Shown here piece after piece: positions 24,010 to 36,831 of a stretch of 64,000 nucleotides of DNA. Position numbers and translations under genes: made by a program. The notes beneath the pieces were generated by a model. The model was not told the origin of the DNA. It worked only from the letters and a program-made list of their open reading frames with translations, and did not search any database. Numbering within the stretch: the first letter of the stretch is position 1; every line of letters begins with the position of its first letter. Location of the stretch: positions 162,626,001-162,690,000 of the forward strand of contig NC_086100.1 in assembly GCF_963921235.1 (NCBI RefSeq), in the 5' to 3' direction. The stretch comes from Mobula hypostoma (lineage: Eukaryota).

Positions 24010-24760
24010 TAAGTGGTTTATTACTGTCACATGTACCATGGTACAGATTTGCATGTCATCCAGAGAGATCATTTCAAACCACATGTACAAAAAGGTAGTG
24101 CACAGGAAAAGCATTAACAGAATGCAGAATGTAGTTATTGAAAGAGTGCACTGGAGGTAGACAATAAGCTACAAGTGCCATGATGATGTAGACTCTGAAG
24201 TCAGGGATTATCTTTATTCTGTGAGGGATCTGTTCAAGAGTCTTTTAAAAGCAGAATAGAAACTGAGCTTAAGCCTGATGATATGAGTTTTCAAAGTTTT
24301 GTATTTTATGCCCAATAGAAGAGAGAGGTGGGAAGAGAGAATGTCTAGGATGGGAGGTGTTCTTTGATGATATTGGCTGCTTTCTCAAGGCAGTGGGGAG
24401 TGTAGATGGAGTCAATGGAGGGGAGGCTGGCTTTTGTAATGTACTGGGCTGTGTCCATAACTCTGCATTTTCTTGCAGTTTTAGGCAAAGCAGTCATTAT
24501 GCCAGCTGTGATGCTTCCAGATAGAATGCTTTCTGTGATGCATCTATATAATTGGTGAGGGTCAATGGGGATATGCCAAATTTCCTTCACATTTTTGAAG
24601 GTGTAGAGGCACTGGTGTACTTTTTACGGCAAGAGCACTTAGATTGTTGGACCAAGACAAACAATTATTGACACTACAAACTCAAAGTTATCAAACATCT
24701 CCATCTGAGTACCATTGATGTATACAGGAGTGTGTGCTCCATCCCACTTTCTGGAGTCAA
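24010..24760 (-). mobile_element. Decayed Rex1/Babar LINE 3' fragment
   Basis: YRCITESILSGSITA...LPSIDSIY..CLEKAANIIK (ORF 24345-24590) and PVYING..EMFDNFEF. Confidence 0.8.
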
Positions 24761-27532
24761 TTCTATTTATTTTAAAGCAGCCCCCTTGACTGGCTGTCCA
24801 TTCAGCAGTCGATACAGTAGCTCCCTCTATCACCTGGGCACTGTACAATCTACAAAATGGTTTTCCTGTATCCATCCTGTTTGTTATATCATCTTAAATC
24901 TCCAGCCAATTTGTGAAGCAACATTTCCTTATCATAAAATCATCCTGATCTCAAGGAATATTTATCGGCTAATTTCCCTACGGTTTTTGCTCATTGCCTC
25001 CTTTTCTTGAATAATTGCATTACATTAAGATTTTCCAGTCCTCCAGGATCTCTTGAGAATCCAGGGAATTTTGGTAGATTAGAATCAATGAATCTACTTT
25101 CTCACCTCCCACTTTCAATAAGTTCCTTAGACTTGATTATCTGGCCTAAGGGACTAGTACTGAAAAATACTGAATTTCTTGAGCCTTTTTCAGAAAAGTC
25201 AGATTAGATTTTTAAAAAATGTGCTTGAAATTGAACGAATTTGTGGCGCTTGCCTGTGATTACCTGATGAGTAATTCTAATCAGACTGATTTTTTTGGGG
25301 GAAATTCAGCCTTTGTTGCTTGTAAATATTGTATAGTTCTTTGATCTCTTGTCAACTGGAGATAAGATAGAATGGGATTCAGCCTTTAATAGAACCTATC
25401 CTTGAAACATATATGGATGCGTAAGTACCTAGCAACCAATTGCACCCAGTAGTACTGATCTATCTCAAATTTGGTACATCTGCTGAATACCAATTAGCAG
25501 GCATCTGGTCCAGTTGGCTGGACCTGCTAGTCAATGAGGAGAAGCCCTACAATCAGGTCACTATTTGGCATGAGAAATAGAGGAGTTGTTTGGAAATGGG
25601 AGAAATCATAGAGCTCATGTCTGTGAGTTGCAATGATCAGTGGTGTGGTCAAGAGGAGTATTTCTGCTTCAGGTAACATCAATGGTTGAAATGTAATTTC
25701 TATGCTCGGGTTCCAAAGGTCTGGTTTCACTGAGTAACACCAGTGCAGGTGCTACTTAACCTTGAAGTGGGGACCACAAACTTGAATATGCACATGACCC
25801 AGCTCTTGTTTCAGGTATTGATCCCTGGTAATTAATTTTTTTTCTCTTCTATCAATGATGCCAAAAGTCTGCTTCTTGTCAACCACATAGAAAGCTGTTT
25901 AGTTCTGTAAAGCCTACATTACATTCCTGCAGGATTGACTCTCCAAACCTCCAATGAAAGCTCAAAGTTCAAAGTAAATTTGTTATCAAAGTACAAATAT
26001 GTCACCATATACTACCCTCAGATTCATTTTCTTGCAGGCATTCACAATAAATACAAAGAAACACTATGAAAATCTGCACACAACAAGACCAGCAAGCCGC
26101 CAAGCCTTTCAATTAAAGCAGTTGGTGAACATGAGTTTTTCTTATTGAGTCACATAATCACAAATCAGCAAAAACATTGCATAATATTTTTTAAGTATCA
26201 TAAGCATAAAATTTATTTTCTATGCATAATAATAGTGACTATTTACATATCTGACTTTAAAACATTTTCATAGCGGAATTCACATCAGAGAAGGAAACGC
26301 TTTGGACAAAATGATTGTTGCATGAAGTCCAAACAGGTCCACTAATTGTTTCTCTTATCCTATAAATGTTTCATTTATAATAATAAATCCAGCTTTATTT
26401 TGGAAGTTACTGTTGAATAAGCTTCCAGAACCCCTTAGACAAAGCAATCCAGATCATAACTACACATCGAGTAAATGGAAGCTCCTTTATCTTCCTCATC
26501 TTTCCAACTCTTTATTTTAAAGACTGCCATGTCAGTAACTCTTCTGCATTGTGGCATATGAATGACAATAACCAGCTGTGAACATCCTTTACTAAAAGCA
26601 AGCCCCATCAGTTTATATCACTAACTAATACAAAGTACGTCAGAAATCATCTCACCCGTACTCCCTATTTTTAAAGGTTCCAATGGAAGCAATGTTTAGT
26701 TAATATTTTGTTCAACCGTGTGTAATTTCATTTCAAAGAAGCTCTCCTCAAGTGTTAAAGCTAAATTGCCCTCTCCTCAATCCCCTCCATTGATTAATGT
26801 CAGGTCTACAAAGGATACTCAGAACCAAATGTAAGATTACCTGTAATCATTAAAATGAGGTTATCGATCTCAAACTCCTTGTTCTAAGCCTCTACTCATC
26901 AGGTTTTCTTGTCAGCATATCACTCACAGTGTCATCAAGTGCACAATTCAGGGTTGAATCATTGATAAATAAAACAATTACATTTGTTTCATGTCCATCA
27001 TAGTTTCATATGCATGTTTCAACTCTGTGTGTTTTTCACTTGGCTAATATTTCATCAAAGAAGTAATCAATAATCATAGTCTTGCTTCCAATATTAATAG
27101 CCTGGATGGATCTTGAGATCTAGGCCCCTTTCTAAATTTCCCAGCCATCTTGTCTGTTCTACTATCACAGATGAAACGCTACATAAGAGCATAGGGTATA
27201 TGAGCAGAATTAAACTGTTCAGCCCATTGAGTCTGCTCTACCATTCAATCATGGCTGACTTTCTTTTTCATTATTCTCCCATCTTTTCCCTCTAACTCTT
27301 AGCCTCCATACCAATCAAGAACCTATTAATCTCTGCCTTAAATAAATAATTTGGCCTCCTCAGCTGTGCCCTCAGACCCTAGTTAGAATGAGAAGAGAGA
27401 GGATTTTCTATTCTAATGCAGAAACCACCCTCTCCCTGCCCACTCTATCTAGGCTTTCCAGGCCTTATCTATTCGACTCATCATTCTCACATCTTTCGTG
27501 CCTGTTACCTGCCCTGCCAATTATACAACTAA

Positions 27533-28168
27533 GGCTACATCCATACTAGACTGGATAAATCTGTGACAGAAGCTTTTTCTCTTCGTTTTAAGCCTCTGTC
27601 CACACTAAAATGGTGTTTTCCTCCCCTGAAAACGGAGCTTTTCTAAAACGCTCTCCAGAGTGTGTAAATCTGAAAACGCTGGTTGGGTGGTGTAGCGTGT
27701 ATGGGGTAACCGGAGCTTTTTAAAAATGCTGTCATGACGTGCCGGAACAGATGGTGGCGGCAGTGCGGCATTTCGTTGTTTTCTTGAACACAACGTTTGT
27801 AACTCGCAGAAGCAGATCGACTTCATCTTCTGTCCAAACAAAGAAGTCCGGACTGCTTTTTCCAGCAGAGGTTTTCTTTGTATTCCTCGAAGACATTGTT
27901 GAAAACTTTCTTTCGCTGTTGTTGTAGATACTCTAGTTTTTGACCAATGGAAATAACACAACATCGTCGCGGAAACGGAAATAGTATACCATTTCCTCTT
28001 CGCTTGTTTTCTGTAGATGTGTCCTGTGTCTGCCCAGTAGGAGGAGATTTGCCTAAATACCCATCTTAATGTGGACGGAGGTATCTTCAAAAATGCCTGG
28101 TGTAGACGCCAATCGTTTTTACGCGAAACCGGCGTTTTCAAAATATCCGGTCTAGTGTGGACGTAGCC
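27533..28168. mobile_element. PIF/Harbinger-type MITE, 636 bp
   Basis: TIRs ggctacatccatactagactggata and tatccggtctagtgtggacgtagcc. TAA TSD at 27530-27532 and 28169-28171. No transposase. Confidence 0.92.
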
Positions 28169-29486
28169 TAAAATGGTTGAAAACCAATAGCATGCGATAC
28201 ACTTTATACACTTTTCCAGAGGAATTTTTTTATACCTAATAGTGAGAACATAGGCTATTGCAAAAAATTGCAGCAAGTGAATATTTTTGAGACCATCTGT
28301 TGCCTCAGGTCTTGGTGTCTAAGGATAACTGTTAACCTTAACTGATGTTGGAAGTACACTAATGTAACAAGATAGTTCTTTGAATGACTTGGGTTGAAGT
28401 AACCTTGGCTTGTCATTAATATTACTCTTAAATCATTTCACTTTTGTTTGTTGAGAGTCAGCTATTCTGAGAAAAAAACAATATAAAATTAGCTTCTGGT
28501 ATGCATGCACAAAATGGTGGAGGAAGTCAGCAAGTGCGGAAGAAGGGTAAACAGTCGATATTTCAGGCCAAGATTCTTCTTTAGGACTGTCGGATCTGTT
28601 AAGTTTGGTTTGGCAAAACCAGTACAGAATTTCTAAGATGAACTAAATGATCCATGAGACCTTTGTGTTTCAATAAAACTCACCCTATAAATACCAAAAT
28701 ATCAAATAGTTACGCCTATTGTAACCTGGAAAAAGAAAGCAGGATCAACACTCCATATAAATGAATTTTCATCATTTCCTGAAAAATTAATTCTCCCTCA
28801 CTAAAGATACTACTTGATCTGCTGAGCCATTTCTAGCATCTGCAGTATTTTGCTTTAGACCTATGTGTTTATTAACCTTTGTGTTTAAAAGTATTCACTT
28901 TGCATTTCAATTGTTTTGGATGACTGGAATTTAAGATGGTACATACATGATGCAGAGTACATCTGTTCAAAGAAATGAAGGGAAAAAGTAGGGAGTCAAA
29001 TTTCTGAAAACATGTTACCTAGCAACAATTGCAACACTATATTGTTAAAACAATTGGCTATATCCGAGCAAAGGCGTTATGGAGAGTAAGAACAGAAAAT
29101 TGTTATAAAGACAGAGGAGATGAATTGAGAAGCAGGGAAGTGGACATAGATCAGATAATTGAATGAGGTCTCTGTATTTAAGGTGACAAGAAAAACATGC
29201 ACATTAGCCGCAAGATACTATTGTGTGATGTTATATGTTGATATTCCATGCACCATTCTGCAATTTTTCTTGAGATATTATGGTAGCTGTCAATGTGAAT
29301 ATGTTGAATGGGTTTATTAAGCTCTGACAGATGGAGGGGGACCATGTGTCGCATTAAGCCTCAGTCTCTGAAATAATTCTTTGATTATTCCACATACTCA
29401 CTCTCCTCCTGTTTTTTTTTCTCTCTCTTCTTATTCCATTTGGAATATTACTATTACATCTTATTTCTCCATTCCTTCAAAATGTG

Positions 29487-30161
29487 GGAGGCAGTAGGAG
29501 AAGATGGCGGCGCGATGCAGCGTGCACGGCCTCTCAGGTGAAATGATATCGTATTTGTTAAATTGGGGGCCGTGCACAATTCTGATTTGATGGAGACAGA
29601 CGTGAGAAGCATGGAGGAACATCTGGAGAAACTTCTGAAATGCCCGGTTCGCTGCTGCTGCTACTGTGTGATCGAGAATCTCCGGAGGGTATGCCCCAAA
29701 TCCTCGGCTTTGCCTGTTGCTGGCGGCTGGGGCTGGGGTTGAAGCGTCGGCAGAGATGGTGCTTGGTGCTCGGTGTCGGAGGACTGGTCGGAGGCTCAAA
29801 GTTTTCGAACGGCTCAGAGTCGGACTGTGGTCGGGTGCTTCCAGGATGCTGCATCGGCAAGTTTACGGCGCTGGAAGGCTCATGGCAGGAAGAGTTTTTT
29901 TCCTTCTCCCATCTGCGTGAGATCGTGGGACTTTCGGGAGACTTTGAACTTTTTTTACTGTGCCCATGGCCTGTTCTTCATCAAGTTACGGTATTGCTTG
30001 CACTGTTGTAACTATATGTTATAATTATGTGTTTTGTGTCAGTTTTTCAGTCTTGGTCTATCCTGTGTTTCTGTGATATCACACCGGAGGAACATTGTAT
30101 CATTTCTTAATGCATGCATTACTACATGACAATGGAAGAGGACTGCGTGTCCTCATAATCT
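29487..30161 (+). mobile_element. CpG-rich non-coding retroposon with AAGATGGCGG head and (AATCT)n tail
   Basis: aagatggcggcg at 29501. Ends gaggactgcgtgtcctcataatct. Candidate TSD aatgtg at 29481-29486 and 30162-30167. No tRNA A/B boxes and no RT homology seen. Confidence 0.75.
29501..29511 (+). promoter_or_regulatory. YY1 consensus motif at retroposon 5' end (possible internal Pol II promoter element)
   Basis: AAGATGGCGGC matches the established YY1 consensus. Function is inferred only. Confidence 0.4.
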
Positions 30162-30667
30162 AATGTGTGGGGCTATAACAATGTATGGACCTCTGGTGCG
30201 ATCATTGAGCAATCAGCACCACTGAAACCGTATTGAATGAACTATATTCCTACCATTCAGATACTGCGTAACACTATAGCTTATAGAATCAGAATTAGGC
30301 TTGTATGCTTTGTTAGTCAACCAAAGCTGGCTTTGCTTTTTGACTCAATTTTCTTGCCATATCCCTGTAACCATTAAGTCTCTTACCAATCTAAACCTTC
30401 TTGCTTTAACTATCCCCTACTTCAATGGCAACAAATTCCATAGATTCACCACTCCCATGTTGAAGAAGTCCCTCCTCATTTCAGTACTAAAGGGGTGCCA
30501 ACTGTCCTACTAATGAAAACATTCTGTCCACATCCACTTTATCCATACCTTTCAGTATTCGGTAGATTTCAATGAAAACACCGTTCATCCTTCTGAACTT
30601 CCCCAGAGACATCAAAAGCTCTTCTTTCTTAAGCCTTTAATTCCTGGGATGGTTCTTTTATCTTGAA

Positions 30668-31500
30668 GAGTAAGATGGCAGCGCATTCAGACAAAGCGTC
30701 CTCTCTGGTTCTAACCAAAGGTGTGATCAATTTCATCTTTTTCATGATCGCAAGACTATGCGATCAAGTACTGTGAGTCTGCCCCACCGGTGAGTTGGTG
30801 ACTAGTGGCGGCACTGGACTTACTGGACGCCATGTTGCAGCCTGCTTCAACAACCCAGGGAAGAAGGCGTCAGGTGGTACTCAATCCAATTGATGGCGCA
30901 GGTGATTGCCTTGGACATTTTTGTGATGATCCTGTTGGACAATGGTAATGTAGAATACGGCGAGTCTGAATCACTGGTTCATTAGTGAGACTAATGGTGG
31001 GGGAACTGCATGGCCTCGGTTGTTGCATGGACCAGGCTCTCATTTAGCCTCGGGGTCACATATTGCAGCCCCCGAGGAAGGAGACGCCGGAGCTGGTTGT
31101 GTGCCATTGGATTCGTGCTGGGTTGGAGACTGGCCCCTCCCATCGGTGCTGTTCCCTCCGTGGGTGATAAGCTGGAGTGCATTTGCATGCAGCTGCATTG
31201 CACAAAATGAGAAACGGCTATGGGCTTGTTTTGCAGAAATGTGGCTCCAGACCAACATTCCCACACCATCAACCTACAGGCCAATCTACTCAGTGACTTG
31301 GGATATATTATTATTTTTAATACTATTTATTCTTATAACTGTATGTTTCTCTGCTATCATAATTGTACGTGCTAAATGTGCAACGTGCTGTGTGTGACTG
31401 CTGGTTCTGTGATTTGCATCTTGGCCTGTGAGGAACACTGTTTCACTTTGGCTGTATTCATGTGTATGGTTGAATGACATTTAAACTTGAACTTGAACTT
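30668..31500 (+). mobile_element. Non-coding retroposon with AAGATGGC head and (CTTGAA)n tail, nested in a CR1 fragment
   Basis: aagatggcagcg at 30672 and tail aaacttgaacttgaactt at 31483-31500. Flanks read as contiguous minus-strand CR1. Confidence 0.7.
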
Positions 31501-31539
31501 AAAAGTCCTCCGGACCTGCTCCAGGGCCTGTACCATTCA

Positions 31540-31856
31540 GCATGTAGCATAGTGGTTAACGCATTGTTTTATTGCATAAGTGATCACCAATTGAGGTTCA
31601 AATCCCTCCACTGTCTATAAGGAGTTTGTACTTTCTCTCTGTGACTGCATGGGTTTCTTCTGGGTGCTCTGGTTTCCTCCCACACTCAAAAGATGTAAAG
31701 TTAGGATTAGTGAGTTGTGGACATGCTGTGTTGATGTCAGAAGTGTAGTGACACTTGTGGGCTGCTCAGAACGATCCTTGCTGAATTGACGCAAACAGTG
31801 CATCTCACTGTATGTTTTGAAACTGCGATGTGCATGTGACAAATAAAGCTAATCTT
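31540..31856 (+). mobile_element. tRNA-derived V-SINE (HE1-like)
   Basis: A-box tagcatagtgg, B-box ggttcaaatccc, V-domain tgggtttcttctgggtgctctggtttcctcccaca, and tail tgtgacaaataaagctaatct. Confidence 0.85.
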
Positions 31857-33049
31857 TGTTTTGTCTTTTTCTTTATCCTTCCTTAGACATAGGGCCCAAA
31901 ATGGTTCAAAATATTCCAAATGTGGTCTTCACTATGCCTTGGTCTCCAGTCTTTTCCTGGAAAGCTTCATCTTCCATTAGTGGGGTTAATGATATCCCTG
32001 TAGGCACTCACAATTCCTAGAATGACAACCAACAAAGAACCAATGAGTGACTGGGTACTCAATGTGCCCACAAGCCAATTCCTTCCTCTCTTACATTCTG
32101 TATTCAGCTTCTAACAAATGTAATGCTAGCACAGTACCTCCAAGTAATGTAATAAATAGAGTTGTGTGTATCATTGTGCTTTCTCATTTAGCTGGATTGG
32201 AAACCCACAAGTAAGATGTCCATACTGTGAGTGTCTTAAAGACGCTGAGGAATGTTTCATGATCCCACCTCGCCCATCAATCCTTTGATCCCAGCTCAAT
32301 GGGAAATTAAAATTTAGTCCGACACAAAAGCTCTGTTGGACAAAAATTCCAATATTACAGTAAATGATATGACATTGATGAGTTTTCCTCAGCCATAGTG
32401 AACCATATTGGGAGACAAAATAAAAGTCCTACATTTTCAACATTTTACCACTTAAAAAGCCAGAACCTAGTTGCTAAGCAACATAATGTACTGGACAAGG
32501 AATAATGTCAAGGTTGTCCATTCCTTTCGCGAAAGGTGCCACTTCAAATTACGTATTAAGAAACAACCATCAGAAATAATTTAATTTGTAGCATGCAAAC
32601 GGGTGAATTTGATTACCCTGTTAAAGTTATGAATGCATTTTACATCAAGTAATGCTGAAGTTGTGATTTTGGATGATACATGTTCTTTTACAAACCTAAC
32701 ATTTGTTCAAATTATTCCTTTGTTTCCAAAATGTGGGTGATTGATCAATGAGTCATCGAGTCATCAAGTACAACATAGAAATGAACTTTCAGCCCATCAT
32801 GTCCGTGCCCCTTTATACTAATCTCTATTACTCACACCGAGGCCATATCTTACTGTGGCTTTCCAATTTACGTCTATTTAATTATTTCTTAAATACAGTG
32901 ATTATATCTGACTCCATCAACTCATCTGACAACGAGTTCCTTATCAACCACTGCCTGTGTGAAGAAACTGTCCCTCAAATCCCCTTTAAAACTCCTTTTT
33001 CCATGCCCTCTTTTCTCTGATACACCTACTATGGGAAGAAGACTCTGAC

Positions 33050-33640
33050 TATATGGCAATTGCTCTGCCAGAGGCTGCAAGAAGCTACAGAGAGTTTTGG
33101 ACACAGCTCAGTATGTCACAGAAACCAACTTAACACTCCATGGACTCTGTCTACACTTCTCAGTGAAGTAGCCAACATAATCAAAGGGTACTGATGAAGG
33201 GTATTGGCCCAAAATGTTGACTGATTACACTTTTCCGTTGATGATTGCAGAGTTTCTCCAGCATTTCGTGAGTGTTGTTTGAAGAAATCAAAGAACACAC
33301 TCACTCCAAACATTCTGTCTTCTCCCCCATCCTATCAAGCAGAAGTACGAAAGCCTGAAAGCAAGTACCACTAGGCTCATGGATAGTGTCTATCTTGCTA
33401 TTGAATGGTTCCTTAGTGTGATAAAATGGACTCTTGACCTCACAATCTACCACGTCATGACCTTGCACTTTATTGTTACCTGCACTGCACTTTCTCTGTT
33501 GCTGTGATACTTTATTCTGCATTCTGCTATTGTTTCTCCCGTACTATCTTAATGTAGTGATGTGCTGAAATGATCCATATGGGTAGCATGCAAAACAAGG
33601 CTTTTCACTGTACCTCACTACGTGTTAATAATAACCCAAT
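33050..33640 (+). mobile_element. Rex1-like 3' fragment interrupted by a short Penelope pseudo-LTR piece (33187-33285)
   Basis: YGNCSARGCKKLQRVL remnant. The insert carries ctgatgaaggg...cccaaaatgttgactg and is flanked by aatcaaag at 33179-33186 and 33286-33293. Confidence 0.72.
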
Positions 33641-34621
33641 CTACCTGTCTAGGCCTCCTACTATTTTATAAATGATAATCAGGTCACCCCTCATGCTAAT
33701 TTGTTCCAGGGAAATCAATCCTAGCCCAGCTATTCTCTCCACATAACTAAAGTCCTCCAATCCAGGCAACAACCTGATGAATCTCCTCTGTAGTTTCTCC
33801 AGTGCAACCACACTCTTACTGTAGTGTGGGCAACCAAGAAAAGCATACAGTACCCCAAGCGCAGTCTAACCAGTGCTTTGTAAAGTTGTAATTGAATTGA
33901 ATTGACCTTATTACTTACATCCTTCATATACATGAGGAGTAAAAATCTTTACATTAGTCTCTGTTCAAATGTGCAATGTGCACATAATAAATATTATGTA
34001 CAACAGGATAGTCAATATCACATAGAAATACAGTTGATTCAGCATGAATTAATCAGTCCGATGGCCTGGTGGAAGAAGCTGTCCTGGAGCCTGTTGGTCC
34101 TGACCGTTATGCTGCGGTACCATTTCCTGGATGGTAGCAGCTGGAACAGTTTGTGGTTGGGGTGACTCGGGTCGCCAATAATCCTTCGGGCCCTTTTTAC
34201 ACACCTGTCTTTTTAAATGTTCTGAATAGTGGGAAGCTCACATCTACAGATGTGCTGTCTCAACTTCTATGTTCAATGCCCTCATCAATGAACGTAGGCA
34301 TGCCATATGTCTTTTTCATTTCCCTAACTACCTGTGCTACCACTTTCAGGGACTATTGACTTGAACCCCAGGGTTCAACAGCATCAACTGTGCAAACCAC
34401 TTATCTGTTGAGCTTTTGCCGTTAGCCACGTATTTGCAATTTAACACGTAGAAATCATCACTGCTCACTGTCATTATCCCGTAGAGCTGATAGCAACTCT
34501 TGGCAGCTGTATACCCACGGTTAACACTTGACAGCTAGAAATTATTGTCCTAGATATCCAGCTCTTCTACAGTGTGCCCTGCTTGTTTCACAGAAAAAGT
34601 CAATACAGAATCAGTATCTTG

Positions 34622-35425
34622 ATAACACGCACAAAATGCTGGAGGACCTCAGCGGGCCAGGCAGCATCTATGGAATAGAGTACAGTTGATGTTTCAGAAC
34701 AAGACCCTTCAGTAGGACTGGAGAAAGAAGATGAGGAGTCAGAGTAAAGGGATGGGTGGAAGGGAGGGAGAAAGAAACACAAGGTGATAAGTGAAACCGT
34801 GCCGGGAGGGGGGAGTGGTGAAGTAAAGAGTTGGGAAGTTGATTGGTGAAAGAGATACAGGGCTGGAGAAGGGGAAATCTAACAGGAGAGGACAGAAGGC
34901 AAGGAAGAAAGAAAAACGGGGAGGAGGACCATAGTGAGAGAAGGAAATAGGAATGGGGAACAGAGAGGGGGGGGGCATTACTGGAAGCTCAAGAAGTCAG
35001 TCTTTATGCCATCAGATTGGAGGCTATCCAGACAGAATATAAGATGTTGATCCTCCAACCTGAGTATGGCCTCATCATGACAGTAGAGGAGGCCATGAAT
35101 GGACATTTCAGAATGAGAATGGGAAGTGGAATTAAGATGGGTAGCCACTAGGGGATCTCTCTTTTTCAGGCAGATGGAGTGTAGTTGCTTGGTGAAGTAA
35201 TCTCCCAATCTACATTGGGTCTCACCAATATACAAGAGACCGCAGTGAGAGCACCAGATATAATAGATGACCCCATTAGAATCACAGCTGAAGTATTGTC
35301 TCACTTGGAAGGACTTTTGGGTCCTGAATGTTCATGAGGGAGGAGGTGTAGGGGCAGATGTAGCACTTGTTCTGCTTGCAAGGGTAAGTGCCAGGAGGGA
35401 GATCAGTGGGGAGGGGTGAATGGAT
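34622..35425 (-). mobile_element. Penelope-like element 3' portion: GIY-YIG endonuclease remnant plus pseudo-LTR
   Basis: VIYYIWCSHCGLLYIGETQCRL...VATHLN..SHSH (ORF 34978-35304), preceded by PGTYPCKQNKCYICPY (ORF 35282-35476). This is the Cys/His linker plus GIY-YIG layout of Penelope ORFs. Confidence 0.92.
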
Positions 35426-36566
35426 AAGCATCTTGATAGTTTTCATAAACATTTTAGACACCTTGTCTTGCAGCAAAAGTACAAAGACCAGTACTATGCC
35501 TCATTGAATGAATGCAAAGGAGATTTACAATGACAAATGAGACAAAATTATTGCCCAACAGCCTCTCCAGTCCTGAAGAATATTTGTGTATACTGTATGT
35601 TCCCATATGACATAGAAGGGGATCATTCACGCCACTAAGTCTATGCCAGGTCACAGAACAATCCCATTTTATCACTTGCCTTTACATTAGGGGAATTTTA
35701 CCATGGCTAATTACACTACTAACATAGTCTTTAGGTCATGAGAATAATTTCACGCGCCCACACGTACAGTCACAGGGGTAATGAATAAGGTCCACACAAA
35801 CAGCACCAGAGGTCAGGACTGAACCTGGGTCACTGGAGCTGTGAGAAAACTGTTCTATTCGCTACATCCCTATGCTGTTCTTTAACAAGGCTTGTCAGTC
35901 ACCCAGATTGAAAATTAAAAGTCTATAAATTCTATTACTTTAAGAATGATATAAAATATTTTACTGCACTCTTGTTTTATGGTCCAAACTTCACATAAAA
36001 CATATGTGTATATCCTAATTTTTATTTTTGCTTTCTGAAACTTATAAAGAAAGTATCAAGTTTTTTTAATTTGGTTATTATTATCACGGGTACTGAGATA
36101 CACTGTAAAATTTTTGTTTGCATTCATTTCAGACAGATACAAGTACATACATAGGTGCATCAAGGAAAACAACAACAGAAGGCAGAATATGGTGTTAGCG
36201 TTACACAGAAAGTTCAGTGCTGGTAGACATATGAAGTGCAAGGTCCATGACAAGGTAGACTTAGAGATCATGTATTCATCATATAAGAAATCCATTCAAG
36301 ATCCTGATAGCAGTGGGATTGAAGCAATCCTTGAGCCTGATGGTATCTGTTGCCAAGGTTATGTACCTTCTCCCTGATTAAAGGTTAAAGATTAGCTTTA
36401 TTGCTTATATGTACATCAGAATATAGAGTGAAATGTGTCAACAACCAACACAATTCAAGGATGTGCTGGGGGCAGCCTGCAAATATTACCATGCTTCCAA
36501 CTCCAATACAGCATGTCTACAACTAACTAACCCTAACCTTTGGATTGTGGGATGGAAGGGGTAAAG

Positions 36567-36831
36567 CAGTGGTCCCCAACCTCTGGGCCGCGGACCAATA
36601 CCGGGCCGCGAAGAATGCAGCGGTACAGCGGTAGCCGGCATGCACCCAGCACAAATCAGCAATCGTCTCTGATCTGGGCCAATGTTTACCTGCTGGGTGG
36701 CAGCTAATTAATTAGCTTGTTTATTTTGGCTTTTTTCTTAAAGATGTGCTGAGTACGTCCTGACTACTGCTGCACCCCTACATGCTTCGCGATCCGGTAT
36801 TGGTCCGCGGCCCGGAGGTTGGGGACCACTG
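36567..36831. mobile_element. hAT (Charlie-like) MITE, 265 bp
   Basis: Long TIRs cagtggtccccaacctctgggccgcggaccaataccgg and ccggtattggtccgcggcccggaggttggggaccactg. Exact 8-bp TSD gggtaaag at 36559-36566 and 36832-36839. Confidence 0.95.

Noticed and set aside
27605-28276. 223-aa ORF as a transposase or host gene
   Set aside because: It runs across a 636-bp Harbinger-type MITE and out through its TIR. No DDE or Myb motif is recognisable.
29461-30024. Five overlapping ORFs on both strands
   Set aside because: GC-rich body of a non-coding retroposon; no recognisable domain.
31540-31615. tRNA gene
   Set aside because: A and B boxes are present but there is no intact cloverleaf, and it continues into a V-domain and LINE-type tail, so it is a SINE head.
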